Part shown: in pieces, positions 30,905-41,800 of the stretch
How positions within the stretch are numbered: the first letter of the stretch is position 1
How the letters are laid out: every line of letters starts with the position of its first letter
From: Paramoeba atlantica
Taxonomy: Eukaryota > Protista > Discosea
Length of the DNA stretch: 64,000 nucleotides
Assembly (NCBI GenBank): GCA_977017575.1
Contig: CDRNVI010000023.1
Location: forward strand, 372,001-436,000
Direction: 5' to 3'
Notes under the pieces: generated by a model
What the model saw: the letters and a program-made list of their open reading frames with translations, nothing else
Database searches by the model: none
What the model was told of the DNA's origin: nothing
Translations under genes and position numbers: made by a program

Positions 30905-32137
30905 ATGGAGCTCCAAATGCCCAACCCGCAGCTCCTGTGCCGCTCCCTGCGCTGTCTTCTGGAGCTGTGCGACACGGCCTGGGTGGAATTCGACCCCAAG
31001 GGGGTTTATTTCCAGGTCATGGATGAGGCCCGGGTCTCTCTGGGGACGCTGGAGATCCGAGGCAACCCGCTGCGCCACTACCTCACCTACGCCCCCACCT
31101 CCACCGCTGTGGGGTTCCCGCTGAAATCGGCCATCTCGATCTTAGCCTGTATGGGACCCTCCGATTTGCTGTCCCTGCATCTTGTGGCTCCGTTTGATGA
31201 GCTCAGGCTACGGAATGATGTGGATTGTGTGAAGAAACAACAAGGGGGGTTGGGGAGTGGTGGAAGTGGTGGAAATAACACGAAACCAACACATAAGAAT
31301 AACGAAGGCAACCGTCGTGGAAGCGCGAATGAAACACCAAACGGTTCAGAAACCTCAACAAACGCATCTTTTCCCGGAGGGGTTCGAAAATTCGAATCTT
31401 CTGTTTCTTCTCATCCTTTTTTATCCTCTTCCTATGATTCCATTGCCTTCGCGGAGGCGAACCCGGACGGGTCGCACTTCGGGCGGTGGGTTTTAAAACT
31501 TTGTGAGATCACCGACGCGCGGCATCCGCTGCCGGTACTCGCGTACCCCGTCGAGGTCGTCATGCCCTCCGATCTACTCAAGGAGGTGCTGAGCCTCTAT
31601 GAGGGGGCCACCGCGGTGTCGTTTACCGTGGAGGGGGGGAGCAACACGTTAGTGATTGCCCCCGAGGGGTGGGAGAAGGAAAAGAAGAAAACACGACGTA
31701 GAGGACGAAGGGGAAGGGGAGGAGGGGGGAATGAGGAAGAAGGAGAAGGAGAAGAGGATGAAAATGGGGAAAATGGGAGTGAAAATGAAAACCATGAGGA
31801 TGAAAACGAAACGCAAGCTCCTGCTGTTCCTCCTTCTACGGTGGATACGTTTGCGTTAGCATCTGGGGTGACGAAACTTCACGCGAAACCGGATTGTCCA
31901 AAATCGATTTCGGTGCTCTGGCGTCCAGAGTTGGTGCCGAACCCTAAAGCAACGATTGTTCGTGTGGTTCTTGGGTCTCGCTTCTTGGCGACACTTACTA
32001 AAGGACGGGAGGTGGTGAATACAGTACGTCTGTTTCTCGGGGATACCCATCCACTTCGGGTGCGGTATGATTTAGGGGATTTGGGCCACCTGCAGTTTTA
32101 TCTGGCTCAAGTGGTGGCGAGGGGGGAAGGGGGGTAG
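30905..32137 (+). CDS. Divergent PCNA-family sliding clamp paralog with two low-complexity insertions
   Basis: QVMDEARVSL ~ QSMDSSHVSL; VVMPSDLL ~ VKMPSGEF; PLRVRYDLGDLGHLQFYLA ~ PLVVEYKIADMGHLKYYLA. Confidence 0.85.
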   Translation: MELQMPNPQLLCRSLRCLLELCDTAWVEFDPKGVYFQVMDEARVSLGTLEIRGNPLRHYLTYAPTSTAVGFPLKSAISILACMGPSDLLSLHLVAPFDELRLRNDVDCVKKQQGGLGSGGSGGNNTKPTHKNNEGNRRGSANETPNGSETSTNASFPGGVRKFESSVSSHPFLSSSYDSIAFAEANPDGSHFGRWVLKLCEITDARHPLPVLAYPVEVVMPSDLLKEVLSLYEGATAVSFTVEGGSNTLVIAPEGWEKEKKKTRRRGRRGRGGGGNEEEGEGEEDENGENGSENENHEDENETQAPAVPPSTVDTFALASGVTKLHAKPDCPKSISVLWRPELVPNPKATIVRVVLGSRFLATLTKGREVVNTVRLFLGDTHPLRVRYDLGDLGHLQFYLAQVVARGEGG

Positions 32138-32474
32138 TATGAGAGGAGCAGAGGGGATGGGGATAACAGGTCTTGGGGAATTGGGGATAAATTTGCGAGC
32201 TTGAAGATCACAATTTTGAGTGGACAAAACATCTTTTTCAAATGAATGTGTTCAGGAATACATGTAGCGCAAATGGGTTTGCAATGCAGATTTAGGTCGA
32301 GTGCAATTGTATAATCCAACTTGATTTTTTTTGCAATTTAGACTGGCACTTCACATTTCTTCCTTCATATTTCTACCTCAAAGTTTCGAAAGTTAACCTT
32401 TAATTTCTCTTACTGAACCTCGGAACAACATCCGTGCAATTTGATTACTGGATATAAATTTACAATCTTATTTC

Positions 32475-33293
32475 ATGTATGCCACTAGTATTTTGTATAA
32501 TACACGGCAATCGGATACGCAGCCATCCGCATCAAAACGAGGCAAGAAAGAAGAAAGCACATCAATAGCAAGTGGCGAGACAACACTAACCAGTATCGCT
32601 GTTGGTCGCACTGGAAAAATACGTGGGACACATTTACCTCAAGAATATGAACTCGCGTTTCTTGTTGAAAACGTCACAAATCAACTTCTTTCCTGGAATA
32701 CATCGACACCTGCATGTGAGTGGCACGGCATAAAATGTGATGACGGTTTAAATGTGTCTCAGATTGAATGGAAGTTTTTGATTTCATTCAAATTGGAGGG
32801 AACACTGCGATTGGACAAGATCCCCAAAACGGTACTCTACTTTGATGTAAGCGGCAATCACTTATCTGGCACCATAGAACTTGCACAATTACCTCAACCT
32901 TTGGCCCAACTTTGGCTGCACTGCAACCGATTCGAAGGCACTGTAGATCTTACCCATCTTCCACCGAATTTAACGAAACTATGCTTGTGGCACAATAATC
33001 TTTCCGGTGGTGTTGATCTCAGCTGTTTGCCATCCAAAATTACATATCTGAACTTGTCTTCGAATAAATTTACTGGATCAGTAGATCTCGAACACCTTCC
33101 CCCGTTTCTTCACGCGCTCAACTTGCAAGACAACGAATTATCTGGTCTTGTGTCATTTGATAGTCTTCCGAGAGGAATTGCCACACTGGGCCTAAGCGGT
33201 AATGGGGAACTTTATGGCCAAACTGATTTCTTAATTCTTCCTCGTTCTTTAAGAGATTTCAGTCGAGGACCAAAGATAAAGCTTTTTGGATAG
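32475..33293 (+). CDS. LRR-only protein, locus LRR14 (272 aa)
   Basis: TGKIRGTHLPQEYEL, PACEWHGIKC cap, LRRs. Confidence 0.9.
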   Translation: MYATSILYNTRQSDTQPSASKRGKKEESTSIASGETTLTSIAVGRTGKIRGTHLPQEYELAFLVENVTNQLLSWNTSTPACEWHGIKCDDGLNVSQIEWKFLISFKLEGTLRLDKIPKTVLYFDVSGNHLSGTIELAQLPQPLAQLWLHCNRFEGTVDLTHLPPNLTKLCLWHNNLSGGVDLSCLPSKITYLNLSSNKFTGSVDLEHLPPFLHALNLQDNELSGLVSFDSLPRGIATLGLSGNGELYGQTDFLILPRSLRDFSRGPKIKLFG

Positions 33294-33440
33294 GGCCTAC
33301 TGAAAATGTATTAGAAACTTAGAGGGTAGCCATCGCCCAAGTGACAGTATTCCGCCATATTCTGCCGATCACAGGAGAATTATCCCTTGGCAGGTAGAGT
33401 ATCAAGCAATAAGCTTTAGCTATTGTGCCTATTCACGCAT

Positions 33441-33534
33441 TAAGATAAGATAAGATAAGATAAGATAAGATAAGATAAGATAAGATAAGATAAGATAAGA
33501 TAAGATAAGATAAGATAAGATAAGATAAGATAAG
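33441..33534. repeat. (TAAGA)n microsatellite, about 18.8 perfect units
   Basis: Read directly from the sequence. Confidence 0.98.
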
Positions 33535-34050
33535 CGTGGCTGAGAGGGCGGTGGGAACGTGGCGGGGAGAAGGGGAACACAAAGGGAAAACGTGGCGGGG
33601 AGACTAAAATACAATACGTTTACGCGGCTTTGTAAACTCAACTATGGATATAAACAACATTGATAGATCAAAAAGGTTTTACAAGGGTTTTACAAGGACC
33701 TCATATCGGCGCGGCGAGCGAGAATCCTCAACCTGGTCGGGGTTAAGGGTTCCTCTTCGTCGCATATGGGGCTCCGGAGCCTCTAGCGGAAATGGGTACG
33801 GGCTAGGGAGGGAGCTCGCCGGCAAACTGGGAAGGTGGTTCGCGGGCGGGGCTGAGCGCTCTACCAGAAGGGCGTACCTTTCGTCGCACCGGGACAGGAG
33901 TAGGGGGAATCGGAGGGGTCGCTGTTGCGTGGGGAGAGGGGGGCGCACGGGAGGGCACGGAAGGGACTTTCCGCTTCGGTGATCTATCGCGCTCCTGGCG
34001 TGGCTCCGACGGAGCCCGGAATCGTTGGGATCTCATGACACTAAAACTAC
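33535..34050 (-). mobile_element. GC-rich segment ending (minus strand) in a (TCTTA)n tail; possible retroelement 3' end
   Basis: Abrupt GC-rich island abutting the microsatellite; no recognisable domain. Confidence 0.4.
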
Positions 34051-34402
34051 TACAAAAAACGTAGTACGAAGTAACAGCCAACAAGGTAGAGAATTTTTTG
34101 CTTCACTATCTATCACTATCGTCAAACATGCAAAAGTACTGCACCCTGAGATGTCCATAATAACAAAAGTAAAAGCACAAGACGTAAACAAAGCCAAAAA
34201 GTGGGTGTAAATGACTCAAAGCTATCAAGAAAATCCTTTTTCGTATAAATTTTTTTGTTAAAAGAAATTGAAAAAAAAGATTGAAATTTGGGGTACAGTT
34301 TGACTGCATATTACCCAAAGAATTTACTTCCCCACCTTTGTTATTTTTTCACCCATCAACTCCATATTTGTGTAACATAGAAACTTCACAGCATACTAAA
34401 AA

Positions 34403-36026
34403 ATGCATATCCTTTCCTCTTCCGACAGCCCCGAACGTAAGAAACGTAAATTGACCTCCTCCCCAAGCCCACAGAGCGCCCAAAACGACAGCTCTATCCT
34501 CCCTGCTCGACGCAAACCCTCAAAGGTCCGAGGTACCGATCTCCCTCATGAATACGCCATGGAGAAATTTTTGCACAATGTTTCCTACCGGGATGCCTCC
34601 TGGACGGTACACAATCCCATACAGGACTGGGCCGGGATCTCCTGTGATGTTTCGCATCAAGTCACATGGGTTTCATGGGGGAGGCACCCGCTCGGGGGGA
34701 TGCTCGCATGGGAGAGTCTCCCCTCTACGGTTCATTGGTTAAATTTAAGTGGAGAGACGAAGCGAGAGATATGGCTAAGTGGCTCCGTGCCTTTTTATGC
34801 TCTTCCCGATACGTTGACACGTCTGAATTTGTTTCGTCAAGAATTTGTGGGGAAGGTAGAAATATCTGCTTTGCCTCGGTCCTTGGTGAATATGGGGTTG
34901 AACTTTAACCAATTTTCAGGGCCTCTTGATCTCACGTGTTTACCGCCGCAGAGTAATAATATTTTCTTTTTTAGGCTCTTCGTTAAACGCGGTGGTTGCT
35001 TTCAACTTAGAAGTCACTCATACTGCGCGCTTCGCGTTGAAAACTACCGCCGCGTTTAACGAAGAGCCTAAAAAAGAAAATTTAGCCTGGAAAACGGAAA
35101 GATTATAGCCAAAAATAGCCGAATTTCGGGTAAAAATGGGGTCATTTTCGCATATTTTTGCTCTCAGAGCACTAAATCCGACATTTGCGCGTGGGAAATC
35201 ACTCGCAGGCATGAATGAAAGCCTACCGAACGTATTGGGTAGAGAATGCGACTCCAACCATACCATTCTTTCGACCCAAAAATGCCCCTTTAGGTCCGAA
35301 AAATACTTTTTCACCTTTTTTAGTCAAAAATGGGTCATTTTGGGGGGCGCACCACAGTTCGAAGAAGTGATACCTTGCGAAAACAACTGCGTAGAAAGCT
35401 AGTGTAGGTCCTAAACTATCAAAATACAATAGGGGAAACGATTTTGGAAAAATATTTTCTTTGCCATTTTTTTCGCCAAGTTGAAATTTTTTTCAAATAA
35501 TTTTTTCCGAAAAAATCCGAACTTGGCGGACCCGTCCTGCGGATACGCGGGGGGGTCACCCCCGGGTAGGGGGGTGGAAAATGCGCGCCAAGACCCCGTC
35601 TACCCTTTCTGCGGTTTTTTTTCGAAAACTAATTTTTTCGAAAAAATTTGCTCGACCCTGGACCCCCCCCTGGACCCCCCCCCTGGACCCCCCCCTGGAC
35701 CCCCCCCATGGACCCCCCATTTTTTTCAATTTTTTTTTTCAGTTTTGGTCCACCGGAGCCCCCTTTTATATTTTTTTCTTCTATTATATTACTGTGTTCC
35801 CCTTTATATTTTCACTGTTTTTATTCACTTTTTTTTCAATAATCGAGTGTAGAGCGGTAGTTTTACAACCACCGCAATTTTTCAATTGGAATGGAATCTA
35901 TTCGAAGGGATCGTAGACGTCTCATCTCTTCCAAAGCGTATTTCTATACTCAATCTTAGTAGAAATCCGTTGGATAAGATTATTCCAAATCCTTTACCTC
36001 CTTGTGTTGTATTCGCCCCCTCTTAG
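34403..36026 (+). pseudogene. LRR15, interrupted by the 919-bp element
   Basis: Removing 34960-35878 restores the frame ...DLTCLPPQSNNFQLEWNLFEGIVDVSSLPKRISILNLSRN...* with 23-aa repeat spacing. Confidence 0.9.
34960..35878 (+). mobile_element. Full-length palindrome-ended non-autonomous element (Helitron/Helentron-like architecture, unclassified)
   Basis: One end is a ~122-bp palindrome with 32-bp perfect arms, the other is the hairpin gcggtagtt-ttac-aaccaccgc-aat; internal tggaccccccc repeats; no TSD evident. Confidence 0.85.
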
Positions 36027-36184
36027 AATGTGGGTACAAAACTTTTTTTTGCACATCAAAGTTTGAAAGAGCTTCTTATAAGAATTAATGGTTCCTCTTC
36101 AATTTGCCATACGAAAGCATAACTTATTTCAACAATTTATTTCGGCTTTATTCTCACAGTTTCTAACAAAAAACCCACTGAATT

Positions 36185-37000
36185 ATGAACAGCACACTAT
36201 TACCCCGATCAACAGGAAAAGTACGGGGCGCTTCTTTGCCCGCGATATATGATCTCATTCGCTTTTGCAAAGGCCTTGAGAATCCACATGCCAGCTGGTC
36301 GGAGTCCACTCCTGTTTGCGAGTGGGATGGAGTGCAATGTACCCCGGAGAAGGAGGTGAAAAGTATTTTTTGGTATCGTCGATCTCTTCGCGGTGCGCTA
36401 CACTGGGCGTCTCTCCCAGCAAGTATCCGAGAACTGCACATGTATGGAAACTCTTTTAGAGGAACTCTTCCTTTGCAGGATATTTCTATGGGGTTAGAGA
36501 TATTGGATGCTCACGCGAATGTGTTGCAAGGTGAACTATCTCTAAGCAATCTTGTTTCGTCCTTTTTGGTGATACGTCTTTCACGAAATTCGTTTTCTTC
36601 TACAATAGATGTAACTCAGCTTCCTGATCTTCGTGTGCTGGAAGTCGCAATAAACAAACTTTACGGAACTGTTGATCTTTCTTACTTTCCACCAAGTCTA
36701 TTGCAAGTTTCTTTTTCTCGCAATCAGTTTAGCGGTCCGCTAAATTTGGGCCAACTCCCAAACGGTATACGCTCTTTCGACGCTTCTCATAATTCTTTTA
36801 GTGGAGATTTAGACTTGCGCTTCCTGCCCGCCTCTTTGGAATTCTTACGCCTTGCGAATAATGAACTAGGACCTCGTCTTCTTCAGTGGGATGAGGATCA
36901 TATCCCTCCGTATCTCCGTTGTGTTATCATCTCTGAAAATTGCTTTTGGAGAACTGAAATCCGATCATTGTCATCTATTTTCAAACTAGATGCTGCATAG
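36185..37000 (+). CDS. LRR-only protein, locus LRR16 (271 aa)
   Basis: TGKVRGASLPAIYDL, PVCEWDGVQC cap, LRRs. Confidence 0.9.
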   Translation: MNSTLLPRSTGKVRGASLPAIYDLIRFCKGLENPHASWSESTPVCEWDGVQCTPEKEVKSIFWYRRSLRGALHWASLPASIRELHMYGNSFRGTLPLQDISMGLEILDAHANVLQGELSLSNLVSSFLVIRLSRNSFSSTIDVTQLPDLRVLEVAINKLYGTVDLSYFPPSLLQVSFSRNQFSGPLNLGQLPNGIRSFDASHNSFSGDLDLRFLPASLEFLRLANNELGPRLLQWDEDHIPPYLRCVIISENCFWRTEIRSLSSIFKLDAA

Positions 37001-37438
37001 GCTCCAATTTAGAATTTAGGGCTTGCGAAACAGACATTTTTCTCTATTGAACCACTGCCCAGTTTAACGTGTCTATGACCTGTTGCTCTGTCGGGAGTAC
37101 ACTGTAAACAGCGCGGGGGTTTAAATTTGCTATTGCCATAACCCGGGATTCGGATTACCGTTTAACTTGCATATTACCTTTTAAATTGGCACATTACCGT
37201 TTACGAATGTAAACGGTAACCCGACAGACGGGTTACTTGTCGTTAATAACACTTGCCGTTACATTCAATATTTCTCACAGCATACCCTCTAATGAGATGG
37301 GTTGATTACTTCATACAATAAAACAATAGTTTCCATGTATGAAGACTTACTCCATTTATGCCACTAATATTTTGTATCATAATAAATTATTTTGTATCGG
37401 ATGCACAGCCACCAATATTTTAATTTATTCATCTTCCA

Positions 37439-38545
37439 ATGTCACCCCATTCCGTAAATATTTTACAGCGTAGATACTTTGTAGCACTAGGCTTCGTGCT
37501 CACAGTATTCTTTAGCTCTAGTATTCGAACAGCTGACGAGTTCCCCCAACCACCCCCACAAAAACGACGCAAATTTGGCAGCAAAGTGAGCTCTGTGACG
37601 CTCTCTGAGATTGACCTCATGCGTCAGTTTGTTCAACATGTGAAAAATGCTCCTCCCTCCTGGGGTAAGCGATCCTCTGTGTGTAAATGGAAAGGGATAA
37701 AATGCAACTCTGACTCACAAGTTACACATCTCAATTGGAGTCGTAGTGATATTGGTGGGAACCTCACGTGGAGTTATTTACCTCTTCACCTTGTTGAACT
37801 TATAGCAAACCAACCATATCGCGGAGGGTTCACAGGAACATTAGCCTCAACCGATTTAAATGCCCCACTGACAACATTTCACGTGTCGTTACATTCGCAT
37901 CACGGATTGTTCGGCTTTGCCAACCTTCCCTCACAGATGATAAGTCTTGATATCGGAAGAAATCATTTGGAAGGTCCCGTTGATCTTACTCAGCTTCCTC
38001 CACTGATTGAAAATATTGTAGCGCATGGAAATCGTTTTCAGGGCAGCATAGATCTCACCGCAATGCCCGCAACCTTACATAGGCTTCTACTACACGAAAA
38101 TCAATTGAGCGGCGCACTTAATCTAACTCAGTTGCCAAAAACTCTTAAAAGGCTTAATTTATCAGTGAATCAGTTCGAAGGTCGCATTGAGCTCTCCGCG
38201 TTATCCGCAGCATTAGATGTGCTTAATCTAAATGAGAATCGTCTAAGTGGAACGCTTCATTTTGAAAATTTTCCTCCCTCTCTCGGGGAGATTTCTTTGA
38301 ACCACAATGCATTTGAAGGGCCATTGATTGTACCGCAAGTTCCGCCCTCTATGCATTTGCTCGATGTTTCTACAAATAATATCACTGGCGTGTTTGATAC
38401 AACACCTAATCGTTATCAAAAGGTGGGTTTCCGCGTGACTGACAACCATTTTGATGCGTTGATTCAGGAAAAGAAGGTTAAACACATAGTCTATATTGAG
38501 CCCGAAGTTTTACGGTACACTGAAAAGGAATACGCCGCCCTCTAA
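37439..38545 (+). CDS. LRR-only protein, locus LRR17 (368 aa), hydrophobic N-terminal segment plus basic NLS-like motif
   Basis: YFVALGFVLTVFF, PPQKRRKF, CKWKGIKC cap, about 9 LRRs. Confidence 0.9.
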   Translation: MSPHSVNILQRRYFVALGFVLTVFFSSSIRTADEFPQPPPQKRRKFGSKVSSVTLSEIDLMRQFVQHVKNAPPSWGKRSSVCKWKGIKCNSDSQVTHLNWSRSDIGGNLTWSYLPLHLVELIANQPYRGGFTGTLASTDLNAPLTTFHVSLHSHHGLFGFANLPSQMISLDIGRNHLEGPVDLTQLPPLIENIVAHGNRFQGSIDLTAMPATLHRLLLHENQLSGALNLTQLPKTLKRLNLSVNQFEGRIELSALSAALDVLNLNENRLSGTLHFENFPPSLGEISLNHNAFEGPLIVPQVPPSMHLLDVSTNNITGVFDTTPNRYQKVGFRVTDNHFDALIQEKKVKHIVYIEPEVLRYTEKEYAAL

Positions 38546-38838
38546 GAATCTAGCCATACACACGAATACCTTCACTAAATTAGCAAATTTCTGTATTTTG
38601 TGCCTTTTTGATAAATAGATTATACATAGATTGCATCATAGATTCTTATATTGTGTTTTCTAGAATACAATTGGTTTTATTTTGCTTTTTGGGCTCTTAT
38701 CTAAACGCGGAGGTAGTTTTCAACGCGAAACAATGACTGCTAACAACCTCAGAATTGCTTACCCAAAATTCATTACTCGTTAGCATCTGTATATTCCTTT
38801 TTTTACAAATTCACAATGTTAATCGAACCTATGTCCTC

Positions 38839-41800
38839 ATGAGGAGCATCGAGCGCACTTCTTGCGCAGCAATTCCACATTTGGCGAATCACGGATCCTT
38901 CTTTAGCATTTGCTCTTCAAATTCTTCTTGCAGCGCCCTTGGTTTTCAAAGGGCGTCTCTGTCATCCGTTGCGTCGGCAACATGGCAGGAATCACTATTA
39001 TTTTATCAAAATCAACTCCAATGTCCAGTACCCCAATTTCGTACACGTGTCCATGCAGCCGACAGCACACTTCATTCTCTTCATCGGCTATCCTTAACAA
39101 ATGCACATCCTAAAATTGGTTCAATGGCTTGTTTTATTCTTCGAACGTTGCATGCCCGAGCTCCTAAGCACGGCAATCGGATCCCACAAAAAACTGTTTT
39201 TGATGCTCTCCGCCTGCTAATCTCTCAAGGAGTTTGTGACCTTGATGAAGAAATATCCTGTTTCAGTGATCTCAGGCAAGGTGTATTTTCCGATGTTCCC
39301 TCTAAATGGAAGCTTGCAACATTGTTTCTTACTACGTATGGCTCTTCTGGTTCGCTGCCTTCAACGGTCAAGTCTTTGTATTGCTATGAACTTCAATCGT
39401 ACGACTGGTTGTCACGTGTGGGCAAACTCTCCGTACAAGATAATGTACTCCCGAGTGTTTTGGATATCCTATCAGAAGGAAACAAAATACATTATCCAAC
39501 AACTTCAATGCATGATGAATTCTTAAAGATGATGAGGACGTTTCTTGACCATGTTTCCTCCAGGAAGTCAAATTTGAATGACGTCAATGCTCTTGCTGCA
39601 CCTGGAACCTCTCTCACTCTTTTATGCTTCTTCTTGCATTCAGCTTTGGCGTGTCTCTCTTTTTCAAAACCGAGTGATTCCCAAGAGGGGTTACCTCTTT
39701 TGTCAGACACTAATTGTTTGCGAGCTAACAAAAGCCTTTCCGATTCTCGAACAGATGTCTCTGAACATATTTCAAAGAATGTGTTACAAGTGCTTCAATC
39801 TTTAAATGTTATCATTCAAACAGATTCTCCTTTGAAAGGTCAACATCAGAAAGCTTACGGGGCCCATTATACCGTCTTGGACAACCTTTTACGAACACCA
39901 TCTCGCGATTTTACGAAAACAAGTCTATGTGATAAGCGTGGTAAAACAATACTTTTCTTGAACGCCTTACTGCACTTTTTTCTATGCTGGGTCCCACAAA
40001 ACACAGCGCTTGAAACTTTGCACTCATTTTTCTTGCGTCAAGATCCACCTTCACAAACATGCGCTTCAAGCAGTGCAGCACATGGATCATTTAAAGATCC
40101 AAACAAAGACTCCTTTGTGTTTCCTTTGTACTCAAAGTGCACATACACTTCTCAATTGTTAGAGTTCTACGCATCGCATCAAAAATTTGAGCTTCACGAA
40201 CAACTAATGGCACGAATTATTCCTTTTCCGACGCAACAAGAAATTCAAACTGTTCTTTCGAAAAACATAGTTTCGAGCATTTCCTCAGATGCGCATTCTC
40301 CTGCTTCTTTTCTTCCCTCCTCTGCATGGGATTTACAACAGAGAAATGGCGCACTTGACTCAAATGCGGCGGAAAGTTATCGTTCATTTCGGTTGGCTCT
40401 TTCCAGTGCTTCTCTGTCTGAAATGACACAAAACCTTACCGTTCGGAAAGCTTCACGTCGTGAACGCTACCGATCGCTTTGCAAAGTATACCGAAAAATC
40501 TTACGTGCCGGATCAAAAGGCAAAAAAGTGATTTCTTCCTGTTCTCCCCCTCCTGTTCTTTCTTCTGTCAAAAATCTGATCTCCCTTTTATCTCCACGAA
40601 TCCCTTTTTCATCTTTTTCCAAACACAGTGAAGCATTTTTCGCTCTGCTTCGTTTCTCCCACACCCACAAAATGTCTTCTACGCAAACAAAAACGCTTCT
40701 TCATCTTTTACGCCGGCGTCTTCCCGAGGGGACGCCTGTTTTAAAGACACTCGGAGACGCTTCGTCTGTTTTTACCCATTCATTCGTTTCTGAATCTTTT
40801 TTACCTCATTATTCGCACCATCAAAATCAAATTCTTCTGCAAACTTTAGCCAACGAAGGAAAGTGGGATTCTCTCCTGCAACTATGGCCGCATCTTTCCA
40901 CAACCCATCCGGAAAACCGACACAAACTTTTGTATTGTTTTCGAAATGCCATCGTGTCGACCACACAAACTATAAATCGAGTAAAATTATGGCAACAAGC
41001 GCTGCAATTTGTGTCCTCTCAGGATTTTGCGGATCAAAACGTGGCGAGTGAGGTTTTGTTGCTGTTGAGTTTATCTCCCGGAAAGGCTTCGTGGTCAAAT
41101 GTTCTCTACGGATATGCGAGGGCGCAAGCAAGTGGGAAACAGACCAATGCAGAGGCTACCTTGGAGTCCTCCTTAAATGCCTCACATGTACTGCACGCAC
41201 TTTGTAGTGTGGTGGAAAAATACTCGTACGGAAAGGAGACAAGGGAGGTAAAGTTTTCGTCGGTGAAGCAAGCACAAAAATGTGACCTTCAAAAAAATAC
41301 AAATGCGGATTTATGGTCTCTCGCGTTGCAATGTTACCAGACGAGTTCTTTTCACAAATTCTTCACAGCGAATCACGTACTTCGTGTTTTGGTTCACAGC
41401 TCGCCCCGTTCTTGTTGGAAAACAGCTTTGTCTCTTTTATGCCAGGAGCCTCGAGTTTTCAGCCATCACCTTCACCGATCTTTATGGTGTCGTATTTGGG
41501 CGAGTCTTCCCTCTTCTGCATTTTTACGAAACGACAAGGCAAAAAACACAACTTCTGGAGTTGTGTGGGACATTTTGGAAAAACTTCCCTCCACCACTTT
41601 TCCGGATCTTTTTTGGTCACTTGCGCTGACTACGTTTCGTAGATGTGATCTTATGAGGTCTGAAAATACAGAATTAAAACGTTTTGCTTCGGATTCAATC
41701 ATGCAAGGTGATGCCTTGATCAAAACAAATCCTGGTTTACAACAAGCGTGTCTGAGTTCGACGTATTTTACGGAGATCATGGAACACCTATCTCGGCGTT

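Noticed and set aside
34025-34210. Histone H2B-like fragment (VLHPEMSI)
   Set aside because: Only a few residues resemble H2B and there is no histone-fold continuation
34960-35878. Conventional spliceosomal intron in LRR15 (and in LRR2)
   Set aside because: No GT-AG boundaries, and the sequence is a dispersed repeat also found in intergenic DNA in both orientations
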